From the human T2T-CHM13v2.0 reference genome, Homo sapiens: a DNA stretch of 64,000 nucleotides. The stretch is from assembly GCF_009914755.1 (NCBI RefSeq), contig NC_060939.1. One strand, written 5' to 3'. Shown piece by piece: positions 27,229 through 41,515 of the stretch (positions are counted from its first letter, which is position 1; every line of letters begins with the position of its first letter). The notes beneath the pieces were generated by a model. It searched no databases. It had not been told where the DNA came from and was given only the letters and a program-made list of their open reading frames with translations. Position numbers and translations under genes: made by a program.

Positions 27229-29959
27229 AGGTATCTAGCAGTAGCAGAATAGCCTGGAGACATTACCTCTTTTTCTACACCCTTTTCTGCCCTGCTCACT
27301 GATACTGCTTTGAAGCACAGGCAGACTAGTGTAGACCAGTGCAGTTTGATTTCAAGGGATAAAGGAGGTCTCAAACCTCCCCTTGTCCCCAATCATTCCT
27401 GATACCTGGGAAATGCCTAGACTTACACCGTTGGCTCAGTTAAATCTTCAGTTTAAAGGAATGAAAAGGAGAAAGGAAATGAAATTAAAACTCTCCAAAA
27501 AAGAAATGGAACACAATTTTACCTTGTTCTGAACTACCTCAAACTCGGGCTTAAGATGTGATGGAAAAATATGGCAGATTGTGTTGCCTGTGGTATATCT
27601 TAAGAATCAACTTCAGAGGCTTTCATTTCAATACTTCATCAAAAATAGACATCTGGATAACCCCTTCTCCTTCTGCCTACCCATTATTTAAAACTATTCT
27701 ACAAATATTCTACCTGGGAATAAACTCCTCCTTCTTTAAGTGCCCACAATGCCTTGTAACTTGAGTCTAGCCCCTGTTAATTCCTGCCTTATTTTAAGTT
27801 TATTCACATGTTATAGTTGTTGTTGACTATGTTGCAACTTTTGCACTGGGCCAGCAGAAACCTGAGGTCAGGTCTCCTGCCTTTATTTCTCATGCTCAGT
27901 TTGGAATCCATGTTCATTTTCGCGTTGTGTCATCCTTGTGGCTCCAGCCTGCATTAATAGCCCCCTTTGCTGCATGAGCAACAACCGTTAGAGACCCATA
28001 CTTGTAGTGACTGAGACACAGTGACATTATATCACAACCTCAGAAACCACAACATAAACCAAGGAATAATCAATGCCATAGTTTTTAATAGTGCAACTAG
28101 AAATGGATTGTCTGCTGCTAAGTATAGGGAAACAGTTATAGCTGGAGCTGCTGCAGAGGGGAGGGATGATGTTTAATAATGTGATATAGGAAATCTCACG
28201 ATGCTACAGAAATTGATTATCTATTCTTAGCTTCAACCTGCATCTGACTTTTCCCACATAAAGGGGGAATAAACTCCATCAAAAATCAGAGCCCTTAAAA
28301 TATCAGCTTCTGGCCCTCAAATTACTAATCCTCACAGAGGAAAGGCAGCTCTCCAATCACTCTCTTCTTAGAGCCACAAAACTCAGCGATCTACATGACC
28401 ATAGGCAGCATGATGGAGGGATACTGAAGGGAAACCAGGTCTTCTAAAGAATGTAACTGATGGACCCAGGGCCACTGACATCAGAGCCAGAAACATTGTT
28501 TTCTTTTTAACAACTTAAATCTGTCTAACCTCTCATGTTATTGGGGCCTGGGGACACATGGTCTCTCAGACTTTATTCCACCCTCTTTCTCCTCCAATAG
28601 CCAGAAGATTTACAAAGAACGTGGAGAATAGGAACAGATCCTCATTTCTATAATGGCTTTTTCTGGCGTCTTTAAGGCTTAGTATCTCAAGGTTTAATGT
28701 GATTCCTTGAAGTCAGACTACCCCAAAGCAGAAAGCCTAACCCCACTTGCCCAGTTGCCCATCAGTCTTTGCCCCCAGAGGTGCCCTCCCAGGGCACTGC
28801 TGGGGAGCAGGGCATGGGCTGGCCTTCAGACCCTACTGAGCGTCCCCTGTTCTCCAGGGTGTACCCTTTACCACTCTTTCCGCCCAACACCACCTCTCTG
28901 TTAGCTCAATACTTTATAAAGCACATGACCATAGGCAGCAGACTTTGGCCCTCAGGCAACCTCTCCTCTCTGCCCTACAAAAATTTCCAGAAAAAAGAAA
29001 TATAAACAAATTTGTTTCCCATCTGCAACAAGGAAGAAAGAGGGAAAACAGAGACATACATACACCAATAAATATCTCAATCCTTTTTTCTTCCATAAAC
29101 AAAGACTCTGTAATAAAAATACAGCAGGATATAGATATCCCAGGGCAGATCAGACCTCTTCAGATAAAAAGCAATGTGAGACACGGAGTCAAGAAACCAG
29201 TATGGACCAGAGCTGGTTCGATAAAAGGTGATCTCGAAGTTCTTAGTGAGGAGGCAAAAAGAGAAAAAGGCTGGATCTGCCACGTATCTTTCCTTTCCAA
29301 CTTGAAGTTTATACATCATAACAGTGAATTAAGTTTCCATTTCTTCTCCATGAAACAGTTACCATCTTCAAAAAACCAAGTTACAGAACCCTTCCTAAAT
29401 GTGTTAGAAACAGACACAAGGTTTGGGTGACATCCACTTGAACATTAGAGTCAAAATAGCAGGCACGACCAGAAAAGCAACTCCTGCGGAGAGGACTGGC
29501 TTACCCTCAGATTATTTCCATCTGTGTGTGCAGAATGTGAAAATCGCACAGCTTTTGAAAGGGAATCCAGGTGTCCGGGTGAAACTTTTGCACAGCATAG
29601 ATGATTTAAAAAGTAGCAGAGGCTTTTATCCAATTTATTATACCACTCAGTTACTAAGGAAATGGAAATTCTGGAATTTGGCCAGTCATGTTTAATCTAA
29701 AGATGTGTGGTTTCCAAAAAGTAATAGAGATAAGCCGAGCTTATCTTTCCCATCACAGAAATGTCCTACACAAGGAAGAAGTTTCCCAACCATAAAATAT
29801 GGGCCCAAAACTTTATATCTTCTTCCCCCCTGGTTTTTGGCCTTGAATGGAACAATAGAAGAATTGTAAATAGGTGTGGTGAGAGGCAGCCAGCCAGTCT
29901 GTACACACATGGAGAAATGGTACCTAGCTTTATTTTGCACAAGTAATCTAGTAAAACAT

Positions 29960-30480
29960 GTTTATTATTAAACCAAAAAAACGGTAAAAATTATCTAGAT
30001 AAGCCAATAGTAGAAATTAAGAATTGCCCACTATCACCTGTTAATAACCACTATTAATATCTTGGTATATATTTGTCCAGACTTTTTTCATGCAGATACC
30101 TAAATAACACATATATACCTAATTTTTATAAGAACAGGGTCATTGTACATAGTATTTTCTAGCCTACTTTTTAACTTAGAAATATATTTCTATATAAAAA
30201 AATAAACTTCTATTTAATCATTTTTATATCTACAGAGCACTCCACTGTACCACAATTATTTTATTAGAAAATGTAGGCCATCTCTAGTTTTTATGTTATT
30301 AACAATGCTACAATGAATGAATATACTCTAGAAGTATTTCTGGCCATTCTCTCAGGACACATTCTTTCAAAAGGAATTTGAGGTCAAAGCTGTTCAGATT
30401 TCATAGGTTGTTTTGATGTGAATTTGCAAATCGCCCTTCAGAAGAGCTGTTCCAACTTGGACTCCCACCTGTGCGGTGTG
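29960..30480 (-). mobile_element. L1ME-like 3' fragment
   Basis: ataaccactattaatatcttggtatatatttgtccagac; aacaatgctacaatgaa; approximate. Confidence 0.55.
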
Positions 30481-32605
30481 AGCGTCCATGGCATTCCTCT
30501 TTATACTGTGCCACGAACTCTCACTGGCAGACCGAACTGTTTATGACTGTAAGAATCTGAGGCCCCTGCATTTCTATCATTCTGCACACAAGCACATCTT
30601 TGAAACAAAATGTTTACGTTGATAAGCAATATATACTTGTTCAACCAAAACAAAAATCCTCAGGAGATTCTCATTTGGCAACAACCCCCAAACCACATTG
30701 TTTTTTAAAATCTAGTTTAACCAAGTCAGCGTCTGAGTCTTAGGTTTTTTGTTGGCTAGTTGTTCTCTAAGGTCCCTTCTTTTAGAAAAATCTATGTTTT
30801 CATTTCACAGACCTCATCTGGGCCAGCCTCCTCTCCAGTCATCCCTCCTCCATTTCCCTTTAGGACATCTTCATGCTGCTGTGCTGTTTTCTGAATTAGT
30901 TAGGCCATTCCTGAATTCTGAGTCTTTGGACACACTATCCCCACAATCTTAAACCATTAACTTTATTTCCTTCCTCCCCTATCAACTTCTGCTTATCTTT
31001 GAAGGTCCACACCAATAGCACCTTCTCTGGGACACCTTTGTAGATTCCCCAGCATTCACTCTGTTTCTTCCACCTCACCCCATTTATGTTTCTTTTGAAA
31101 TGCTTATAACACTGAATGCAATCATCTTGTTCATTTCCGTGTCTCCCATGAGACCATGTGTTCTCTGTATCTCCTGGGTTAAGAATTACGTGATGCATAT
31201 TAAAGATGCTTCATAAGTACTTGATAAATGTGCAAATGAGCAAGTGAATGAACAGGTGACTCCATCTGTGATGTCTCCAAAAGTTAAGAGATTTACTCAA
31301 ACCTACATCAACTTGAAGACTGTCATTTTGTACATTTAAGGGCCAGGGCTTCTTCTGGGTCTTATCCCAGATCCAGGCTCCTCTCAATAGAATGCTCTTC
31401 TTTTCTTTTTATGAACAAACACCTACTACCAGTTCTCATCCCTGGACTGGGGAAGAAGGTGATTAAACCTAGTTCATACACACAGTGCCATGGAACCTGG
31501 TACTATCTACCATCCATATTTTGGATATCCATGAAGAGAGAGGAAGGTTACAGAAATTCTAGTCAAACAAAGGTGGGCTGGAAAATGTAAAGGAGACAGA
31601 GTCTTTGCACTCCTTTCTAGGAGCAACTACACACGGAAAGAGAGGAGATTAAAGGGAGAAGTGTGTTTCCACTTCTGTTAACCTTATCATGTAGGACTCA
31701 GGCTGAGGGCACAATGTGAATTACCCTTAAACAATGTGAGTATTTAGAAGTTCTTAACATTGCACCACACAGTTCCAAAAGACACTCCCCTCCCACTATT
31801 TTTACCCAGCAAAACAGAGCCTCAGCTGTTTTTCACATTTGATCTAAGCAAAGACGTGTTTATCTATTTGCTGTGAAATCGCAACCCAGCCACACTGCAG
31901 CGGCCATAGCAAGAACACCACTGAACATTCGTAGGCAGCAAGCCCTGACCTTGGTAGTTGAAATTCCAGGAGTTGGGGTAATGCATTCAGATCTGCCCTC
32001 TAGGCTTGTGGTGGAATTAGCCCAGAACACTGAGGCTGTGAAGTACAGTAGCTGAAAGTGAAAGTTCTAAAGTTTGTCATCCGTAGGCTTGAATTATAGC
32101 TTCACCATTTTCTGTTTGTGTAACTCTTGGCAAGTTACTTAGCCTTTTTTGAGTCCATGTTACCTCTTTTATAAGATGTCTCACTCTGTCTTACTGTGTA
32201 CAAGTCTCTTCTCAAATGTCACCTCCTCAGAGAGGCACTTCCAGACCACCCTGTCTAAAACGGTGCTTCCCGTCACTATCCATCATCTCCTGTCTTGCTT
32301 AACATTCCTCTGGATATTTATTACTACCAATATTCTGTAAGATTGTTTGTTTGTTTATTGTCCTCCATTGGTAGGAAAGCATCAAGAAAGCAAGCAATTT
32401 GTCTCACCCATTCTAGAAGAGTGGCCAACACATAATAGAAATTCAATATTTCTTGAATGAGTGAATGGGAATAGTTATTGCATCTATTATTTGATTACTA
32501 TGAGGACTGAATAAATAATGCAAGAAAAATGTTTAGCACTTTTCTTAGCATATTAGAAGCCCACAATATCAGATAGCTAGTAGTTCTAATAATACTTATA
32601 AATAT

Positions 32606-32707
32606 TCCATTACCAGAATTATTTTTAAAAAATCTAATTGTGAAAATATGACTTCATCCATTACCAGAGTTATTTTGTAAAATTCTAATAGTGGAAATAT
32701 GACTTGA
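32606..32707 (+). repeat. Tandem duplication, 51-bp unit x2
   Basis: tccattaccagaRttatttt...tctaat.gtgRaaatatgactt units start at 32606 and 32657. Confidence 0.9.
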
Positions 32708-34599
32708 TGTGGTCTTATTTTGTATAGTCTTTAATAAATAACCCGGCTTCTCACAAGAAGGAATTTGAGGCAGCTTCTGAAAATACATAAAGTGACCTGT
32801 ACCAACATAACTTAAACCATTCTAGAAGATTTTCATGATCGTTGATAAAATTTTAATGCATTTTGTTTACTTATTTATACATCTCATGGCAAATACAATT
32901 AACAATCTTTTTCTCCTCATATACAATACTAAATGAGTTTAGTGATCAAAGCTTGGAGAAAGAAGTGTGCCGTTGTCCCTGACCAAATTACTAGCAACTA
33001 TGTGGTCTCCACTCTACTGGTGGGAGGGCCATTGCTGAGCTGTACCCATGTATCTTTCTCTGTCCTTGCAGGCTTTGCATTTGTATTTGCTGAAAACAAC
33101 TCTTGTAAAATATAGTAGGTGCTCTCAACCAGGGTTCTGGAATAACTGTTCCTATCATGCAGTATTTAATGGGCTTATTCAATGTATTTAATGACTCTCA
33201 AACATCATGTATGGTAGAGCTCACAGCTGTAATATGTTTCTTCTGTTTTTTCCTTTTATTTCCTTTCCACCATGTAGATTTTGTGTCCAGTATTCCTGTG
33301 TGGTTAGTCCTGTGGAATTTCACTTGTCTTCCCATTTCCATTAATTGTTCTCTGTCTGCAGTGGCTTCTGTCCATATTTGCATCTTGATCCCTGCTTTGT
33401 TACTGGATTTGCATTTTTAGAAAGTTTCCTAAGTCTTTAACTCATAATTTAGTTATTTTCACATTTCTTAAACTATTTGGCTAAGCAAATACATGTTCAA
33501 AAAATTCATGAAGTCTCTCGATTAAATTAATAAAGGCTCAGATAGGTTGTCTTTAATTGATAAATGCTCAGAAATAGCTTACTTCTTGTAAGCAATTTTG
33601 TGTCTCATATTTAGTCTAAAATATATGACATGTTTAATATTATATGTTATAGAAATTCTAAACTTAGCTGAAAATGATTAGCTTAATAAATCCTCAGAAA
33701 CATGTATTACTTATAAATGATCTTAATCTGAATTTTACTGTTATGATTTATAAAACAATAAGCTTGCATTTCACATGATCACCAGAAGCTTGCACTAGAG
33801 GCTTGCACCAGCTGATGTGATCAAGAGAAAATCTCACCCAGCTGAACTTCAGAGAAACATACTTTAGCATTAAATTCTGGGGAAAGATCCTAGAATGAAA
33901 AAGGAAACATGAGAAGAAATTACCAAGATGAGGAAGCCAGGACAATCAGATAAAGCAAAGGGTAGAATTATTCCTAAGAAACAGATATCCTATTTTTCTA
34001 CATATTTGCTGAGGTTGAGCTGGGGCCATAAATCTGGCTCTTCCGGACAAAGCAAAGAGGAAAACATATTTACTTATGAGAGTTACAAAAAAGTATCAGT
34101 TCACTCAGGAAAGTCACAGGTCTCCCTAGCAATGAAACCCTAGAAAAATTTCCTTTGTGGGTCCTAATGAAGGGAATATTGTGTAAGGGAGTGAACTACT
34201 TCCTCAGCAACCTCCTATATTAAATACCAAGGAGACTTAAACAGGATGCTTCTTACAGCATCCACAGCAGCAGTAAATGTCATTACCCACAAGGCAGCTC
34301 ACAAAAAGTGGTCCATACGGAGTCAAGACAATGGAGTCCCAGAGTGCAGCTCTCAATTCAGGAGTAACTTGTAAAATTTTAAAAAGAATGGAGTTCCTTG
34401 TTCATTCAGTAAATATTTATTGAGTATTTGTGTGGGTCAGGTACTGTGCTGGGCATTAGGGAGGGAGCGGTGACAAGATAAATGTAGTTTCTTCCTGCAG
34501 AGAATTACAGACTTGTTGGAAAGATGAGCCAACAACCACAAAATATTGAGATGTGTGCACAATGAGAGGACCTCTAAACCCCAGGCTTGCAGCTCCTTG

Positions 34600-36400
34600 A
34601 AAGTCTCATGCCCAGTTGCTTTTCCCTTCACTTCATTGTAGCCAATCTGTTCTTGTTATCACAAACTACCTTGTTGCTACTGCAATCAGCACCACCTCTG
34701 GAATCCGTTTCAGAAAACCCCATCTCTGACCCATACCTCCTCTCCTAGCTCCAGCTCCCTGACATAGTCGTCAGCCTCATCAGTATCCCCAAACCATCAA
34801 CCACTTGCTCATTATCTAGCCGACACCTCCTGTTTTTATTTTCCTTCTTACTCATTTAGATCACAGGGCTTATCATCCCAATCACCTCCTTGAAAATGTC
34901 CTCTCCTCCTTGACTCCTCTCTCTTCTGTCACACTTTCCTGGAATAAAACCAAGCCTGGCTGAGTCCAGTTTATCCAAACCTGCATTTGAAAAACTGAAT
35001 ATTACTGGGGGAAAACACAAACATAATCCTGCTGACCAGATGCACTTTAAACCCACAGTGAAAACCTGAACAAAACACTCACACCCCCTTTACGTTTCCC
35101 TAGTTAATTAGCCTCTCCAGCTTCAAAATGATTCCCTTATATCTTCTGTAGTCTCTCTCCTCAAACCTCCTTCAAATGTAAATTAAACATTTTTAAATGA
35201 TTTTATGATTAGAAAAATAGAAACCATCAGATAAGAATGTATGCATCTTCCTCCCCACCAAATCCTTAAGTCTCCTTTATCTATATCTCTCTTCCTCCCC
35301 GTTTCAGTGGGAAAAGCAGAGTTCATCCAACAAATGCCATTTCCCCTTGAGGCTCTGGAACCCTGAGCCCCAGCACCTCAAAGATTTCCTCTCTCTTTGC
35401 TGCATTTCCAATCTCTTTCTAGTTATGGGTCATTCACATCAATGCATAAACATGCTGTAAGGTTTAGCATGGTAAAAACAAACACAAACAAACAAAAAAC
35501 CAACTCCCTCACTCAATATCCCCCCTCCAGCTGCTATTCAATTTTTTCTTTCACATATAGTTAAAAAAAAATTAATTTCCACTTCTAAGAGTTTACTCCA
35601 ATTTTACATCTACACAAAGGACTCCATTGAAACGTCTCTGAAAGACACCCATGTTCTCCGTGCTGGCAAATGTTAGGGGATGTTTCATATTTCATCTTAA
35701 CCCCTAACTGCTCCCTCCTTTAAAGCCGCCCACCTTCTACTCTGGAAATACCACATTCCTCTGGTTTTCCTACTACCTCAGTGACCCTGTTTCTGAAATT
35801 CATTTGCCAGCTTCTCCTTGCCTGCCTGGCTGCACCTCTGATCTCTAGACCCCTATATTCAACTGCCCACTTGACACACAGGTGTTGGAAGGACAGCGGG
35901 CTGTAGGGTGGCAAGAGAGATGACAAGGGACAAGTCAGGAGGCTATTGCAGAACTCTGGGCAACAGATGATGGTGGTGATGGATATGGAGAGGAGTGAGT
36001 TAACTCAAGAGAAGTTTAGGAAGCAGAGTTATCAGAACTCAGTGATTGATGGATGCTGTGAGGGAAGGGAGAAGTAGGAGTCACAGATGACAACCTGGGC
36101 GGCATCATTCACTGAGATTGGAAATGGGGAAGAAAGATGGGCCACATATAATACATCCTTTAGAAATGTTCCAGAAACCTGGTTTCTCCCAGCTGAGCTT
36201 TTAAGAGGTTTTATTCCCCTGCAAACAAAACAAAACAAAAAAACTGATATGTAGATACTGTCCATCAAGATCCACACACTCTGACCATCCTTGTCTTCCA
36301 ACGTTACATGGACCATGTTTATTTGCTCAGCACTCTGTCTCCAGTGCTAGCACTGCATCTGGTATACAGCAGGTGCTCTATGAATAGTTACTCAGTAACT
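34600..36400. mobile_element. L2 fragments (mixed orientation)
   Basis: Pyrimidine-rich L2 body (ctggttttcctactacctcagtgacc; tctctagacccctatattcaactgccc) followed by a reverse-orientation piece near 35890-36130; approximate. Confidence 0.55.
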
Positions 36401-37799
36401 GAAAACCTAGTTAGCAAACCCTTATGAACAGTTAGGGACTACAGAAGAATGGGTGCTTCTTAACTTCTCTGTGCCTCTCCTTCCTCATATATAAGATGAG
36501 AATATTAGTGACAAATTTCTCCTAAAGTTATTGTGGGAATTAAATATCATAATAAATGTAAATGCTTAGAGCAGTGCATGCTCAAAAGAGCTATTTTGAT
36601 TAATAATATACATAATTAATAATAATATATTTTAGGAAACTTCTACTCTGCCATGTAGAAGGGCCAAATGACTTTCATGATTTTTTTTTTTTAACAGAAA
36701 ACTGTGGATCTTCAGGAGAGTAAGACCTGGACTTTGCTGAAACTTCTGAGCTCTGCTTCAGTCTCCTAGGCGCAAAGACCTGGTCTCTATGAAGCTCAGT
36801 GTCTGTGAGACGCTACCATCATGGCAGCCCCCGTTCATGTTTCTCTTGCTGACCTATCCTCTGCAGGGGAAGCCAAGTCTGCTAACGGGGTGGTGCCGTG
36901 CGGACACTCAATGTTGCAGTTAAACCACATCCCTTAAGAAGGAAACCTAAGGTGGCTGCTCATTTGAGGTTCTCCAGTGGCCACACCAATGATATGAGTG
37001 TGAGTCCACATGCAGGACGATTTAATGGCTGTGCAGTCATGCTCAAAAGGTAAGCACAGAAGGCGGAGAAGGACAGCCTGCCCTTGAAATGAAACCTCTT
37101 GTTCCCTTTGTATCCAGGAGGAAAATCTCATTAGAAAGATCCTCCAGAGCCACAAAAATAAGCACATGCGTCAAAAGGAGGGCAGAAAGCCCAGGACACG
37201 AGGCGGGGGGGCGCTGAGATAAAAAGATTATAGCTAGAAAACAGCCAATCCCACCATCATAGCTGCTGCCTCATCCCTTCCACACTTTCCAGACCCCCAA
37301 ACTTGGCGGAATAACAGGGTCTGCTGTGGGAGACTAAGAGGCGGCCAGCCCAGGGCTCAGTGCACTGCCGCAGTGCTCTGCCATCAGTAGCAACCAGCAT
37401 TTGCCTGGTGCTCTGGGGTTTACAAAACTCTTTCATATAGATATAAAGGAGATAATGTTTTCAAAATGCCTTCCAACTTTTTTTTTTTTCATTTCCTTTT
37501 GCCTTATGGCTACCCACGCATTGAATCAATGGCATTCATTGCTTCAAGTAAAGGCCAAACACAGCCTAGAACAAAGGAGTCATTCCCCAACTTCAAGTGT
37601 CAAATGCAATTTTTTTCCTTCTATCCACAGAGGGCAACAGTTTTAAAAGCCAAGATTTGTTGAAGGAAAAAAGAAAGCATTTTCTAAAATCTAAAACTCA
37701 CTGTTTACATATCAAGAGTAAAGTTTGGAAGTCTGAGCATAGAACTCTACCAGGCTACCGAGCAGGCTGAGTCTATCAGGGAGATGAAGTCACTGAAGG

Positions 37800-38180
37800 T
37801 AGAGTTCTTCAGAGGCTGTCACTGAGATGAAGTTGGGAGTACAAGATATTTATTGGGCTCAGGAACTGTGAGAGGGAGCAGGATCGGGAAGTGGGAGAAG
37901 TCAAACTTCAAAGTTAAGTCCAACAAAGCCTCAGCTAAACCAGAGGGCAGCTCCGAAATGAATATTAGCCACTAGAGCTGTGTGTCGGGCTGAAATGGCT
38001 GGGCTTTTATGTCCCTGCCTTACCTGGACATGGGCTGCCCTGTGAACCTCTTGCCCTCAGGTGAGGTGGCTCCCTGCTGCTGAGGAGTGCATGAAGGGGC
38101 TGTGAGCTGGCACTCATAGCAGCTGGGGTGACATTCCTTCCTCAAGGGGGATCTGGGAGGCCCACGTCCATGTAGACCAC
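37800..38180. mobile_element. LTR33-like old ERVL LTR
   Basis: ctgagatgaagttgggagtacaagatatttattggg...ggagaagtcaaact...ttccttcctcaagggggatctggg; family by eye. Confidence 0.5.
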
Positions 38181-40591
38181 AGTGATCTAATAGTTTCAGA
38201 AAGAACTGGAAAACGAGAGAGAGAAAGGCAAAAGGTGAGATTTGTGTGTCCTCATGTTCTAGAAAAAAAGTAATATAGTTCTAATTCCTTGGACATATCT
38301 AAAACAGCAGCCCAGCAGGCCAAAACGCAAGGACCCTTTTCACAAAGACTTCTGCAGGTCATGCACTCAGCAGACAGACTTACTAGGAATGGCCATAGTT
38401 CCAGTCCCAGGAACAGTCTTGGACTGCATGGGCATGATGTACTAAGCTACTCAGATTACAATGGTCAGTCTTTATGGTCAATTCTGCTCCTTGTTCTCTA
38501 GCCCCACACCAGCCTCCTCTGCAACAACAACTGCAACAACAACAGAGATATGACAGCCTCCCTCTCTCATTGCTAAGGAAGGACTTCAAAGCACACTGAG
38601 TAATTTGCATTTCTTATCCCAGGACAGAGAGAATTATAATAAAGCATTCGTTGGCTTTTTCTCTTCAGGACCAGAGTCTTGTATGTTCAGTTCTTTGGCT
38701 TTTGAGTTCCAAACCTGTAGGAGAACTTCTAAGCCCAGCAAATTTTGAAGCATCCCTGATGAATTCCTTCATCCCGATTATTTATAATAAAGGAGGCATT
38801 AATCTCCCCACACAGGGATGGCAGCCTTCACATAGAAGACTAAGGAAAAATGATGGTGCTAACTCAGACCCTGAGGGGTTTATTATATTAAAGTGAAGGA
38901 AATAAATCTCCACACTCTATTGTGTTTGAGTCAGGGCCCCTCCACTTCTTGTTCTCACTGGCCACCCCCTCAGAACCCCCTAATGAAACAGAGCTAGAGG
39001 AGAAAATGGCAAAGCCAAGCAAGAGGCCTTTTTCCAGATCACTCCTTAAACCACCACATACTGAAACACTCAGGAAAGGCTTTTATTCAAACTCTGAGAA
39101 CAAAGGCAGAGTAAGGCTAGCACAAATGAAGTAAGAGCAACAAGTATCAAAGAGCAGAGGCTAAATATCCAATTCCATTCTGTGTAAATACAGCTAATGA
39201 AAATGTCTTATCTGTTAATTTTTTCCCCAGCTGATGGCCTGCCCAATGCATTCAGTTTCATTGAGAGTTAAGGACTCTGCCAAGTTCTACTAACATAAAA
39301 TGTGCTCTCATACAGTAGTACAGAGGGAAAAGGGGTTGATATTTTTGTTTTTTTATCACACAGCCTAAAAAGCATATGGTATTATCCACAATGACTGTTT
39401 CAGAAAGAATGGGGAGGAAGATTTTAACCCAGATTTGGCAAGCTCTAAAATTATTTCCACTCTAAAATATTGTTTATTTTAAATAATATTTGATCTGCAA
39501 AACTTGACTACTGCCAAAATAATTTAAACTCCCCCTTAGTATTTAGAGGACTAGAAGATGCCTTCCAGTGAAGGAAATAAAAAGTATAACTTTGAGAAGA
39601 CAGTGAAGACCTCCTAGGAATTGAAAATGTTTTAGACAATTTTCACAGCATTGGAGCCATACAGCAGTAAAATTAGACCAATCTGAATTGGGTCGAAAAT
39701 TAGGAATGTTCACTCATGCTCTAAACCAGTGCTGAACCCTGGTTTTAGTGCCTAACTTGAGTCTGGGAAAGGACAAGGGTCTGGGGAAGTTGGCAGGTGC
39801 CTTGTGAATATGTGAACCATTGAGTGAAATGCCATTCAACACTCAGTCATGGCTGTGGCTCCAGTTAGAAACTCATGTGATGGTTAGAGACAAAAAAAAA
39901 AAAAAATGACACTCAGTAGATAAGCTGAAAGCTCCTAGTCGAGCTGATGCCCATACTGACCTCCTGTTCCAGGATCCTGAGGGAAAGCTGCCCATGCAAC
40001 AGCAGCAACTGAGGTAATGAAGGCTCCACATAACAATGCATTTACATTCAAAATCCACTCTGCTCCACATTGTTCTTAGCAATCACTCACTCATCTTGCT
40101 AAATGTTACCCACGCGATCTGACTCTGCATGTTTACATTGCAAAAGGTAACTGTGAAATATGTACATTGTTTTCTGCGTGTATATTATATATTCCAGTAA
40201 AAAATTAAAAATAAACAAGTAATATTGACAAGCTGGAGTCAGAGTATGGGATAGCCCAAGCCATCTGCTTCCTTTCCCTGCCTTAGTCTTCATAGTGATC
40301 AGGGACGCCTATGGAAGCCTTCATATTGAGGGATAGGGATGCAGATAATAAAGTGCAAGGGTGATCAACATTGCGAATTCTTCATTCAGTGGCAGAGTCA
40401 GAATGCCTTTTCAAACGACAGATTTCACAGGCCTCCTAACACTACATTGGCCTGTGTTCCCTTCAAGGGAAGCTGGGAAAGCCCAACCTGTGTGGAAGCA
40501 TCAGCAGGTGGAGCTGAAGAGCTAATGGAGCCGCTGAGTAAGGGGACATCTCAGACAAGTGCTTCCAGAACTGGGCAGATGGCATTTTGGA

Positions 40592-40997
40592 TGAGATAGA
40601 AAGGCAAATGTACAAAAAACCCTGCGGAGTCCTAATAAGATAAGCGAGCAACAATAAGGAAGGGGCCCCAGGTCGGAGAGAATAATTGTTCTGAGAAACT
40701 GCTAATCACAGACAACCTGCAGACATGCTGTTTCCAAATACCTCATTCACATGTAGACCCCAGCAGCAGGACCTGATCTGCATACCTTATCTGCATGTAC
40801 CCCCTCCAATATGACCCCATAAAACTTCCCTCCAGCCCCTGCCTCTTTGCAGACAGCCCCTTCTCTGCTGTGCTGCCTGTTGCACCCTTGCAATGTATCT
40901 TCGAACTTTATCAAATCTGCCTTTTTTTACCTATAACTGTCCTGGTAAATTCTTTTACCACCCATAACACCGGCCCCAGCCAGTCACACCCTCAACA
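40592..40997 (+). mobile_element. ERVL-class solo LTR (MER54/MER74-like)
   Basis: TG...CA ends, cataaaacttccctccagcccctgcctctttgcagacagcccc and ggtaaattcttttacc motifs. Confidence 0.55.
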
Positions 40998-41354
40998 AAC
41001 TCAGTGTGTTATTACAGGGTCCTGTGGATGTTATCAAATAAAATTCAAGGTGGACTAGCTTATCTACTTTATACATTCATTCAATAATGTTTATTAGATA
41101 CCCAGCATGTGCCTGGCACTGTGTTGTACACTGGAAGTGCTGTAGGAAATGAGGTAGACATGGTTTCATGCCCTCATGAAACAGATTCTGAGGAGGTGGC
41201 TCAGCTTAATAGTTAAGGATATTCATGCACTTTGGCATTAGACATACCTTTGTCTACATCCTGGCTTTTTCACTTATGAGCTATGGATCCTCAGATCTTG
41301 GGTAACTGACTCAATCAATCATCTATAAAGCAGGGCTTAGCAATATTCACCCCA

Positions 41355-41515
41355 GTAGTTCCCCACCCTCCTAAAATCACATAGGAATTTTTTTTAATAC
41401 CTATCCCTAAGCCATCCTTATAGATTGTGATTCAATTGGTCTGGGTAAGTACCAAATCATCAGTAATTTTAAAACCCACCAGACACATCTATTGAGCAGC
41501 CAGTGAGAACTACTC
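41355..41515. mobile_element. MER5-like hAT-Charlie element
   Basis: agattgtgattcaattggtctggg...catcagtaattttaaaac...gcagccagtgagaactact. Confidence 0.6.

Noticed and set aside
28945-29430. 161-aa ORF downstream of a TATAAA/M-box
   Set aside because: TTG start, first in-frame ATG only near the end, no recognisable homology; most likely chance. PhyloCSF or Ribo-seq would be needed.
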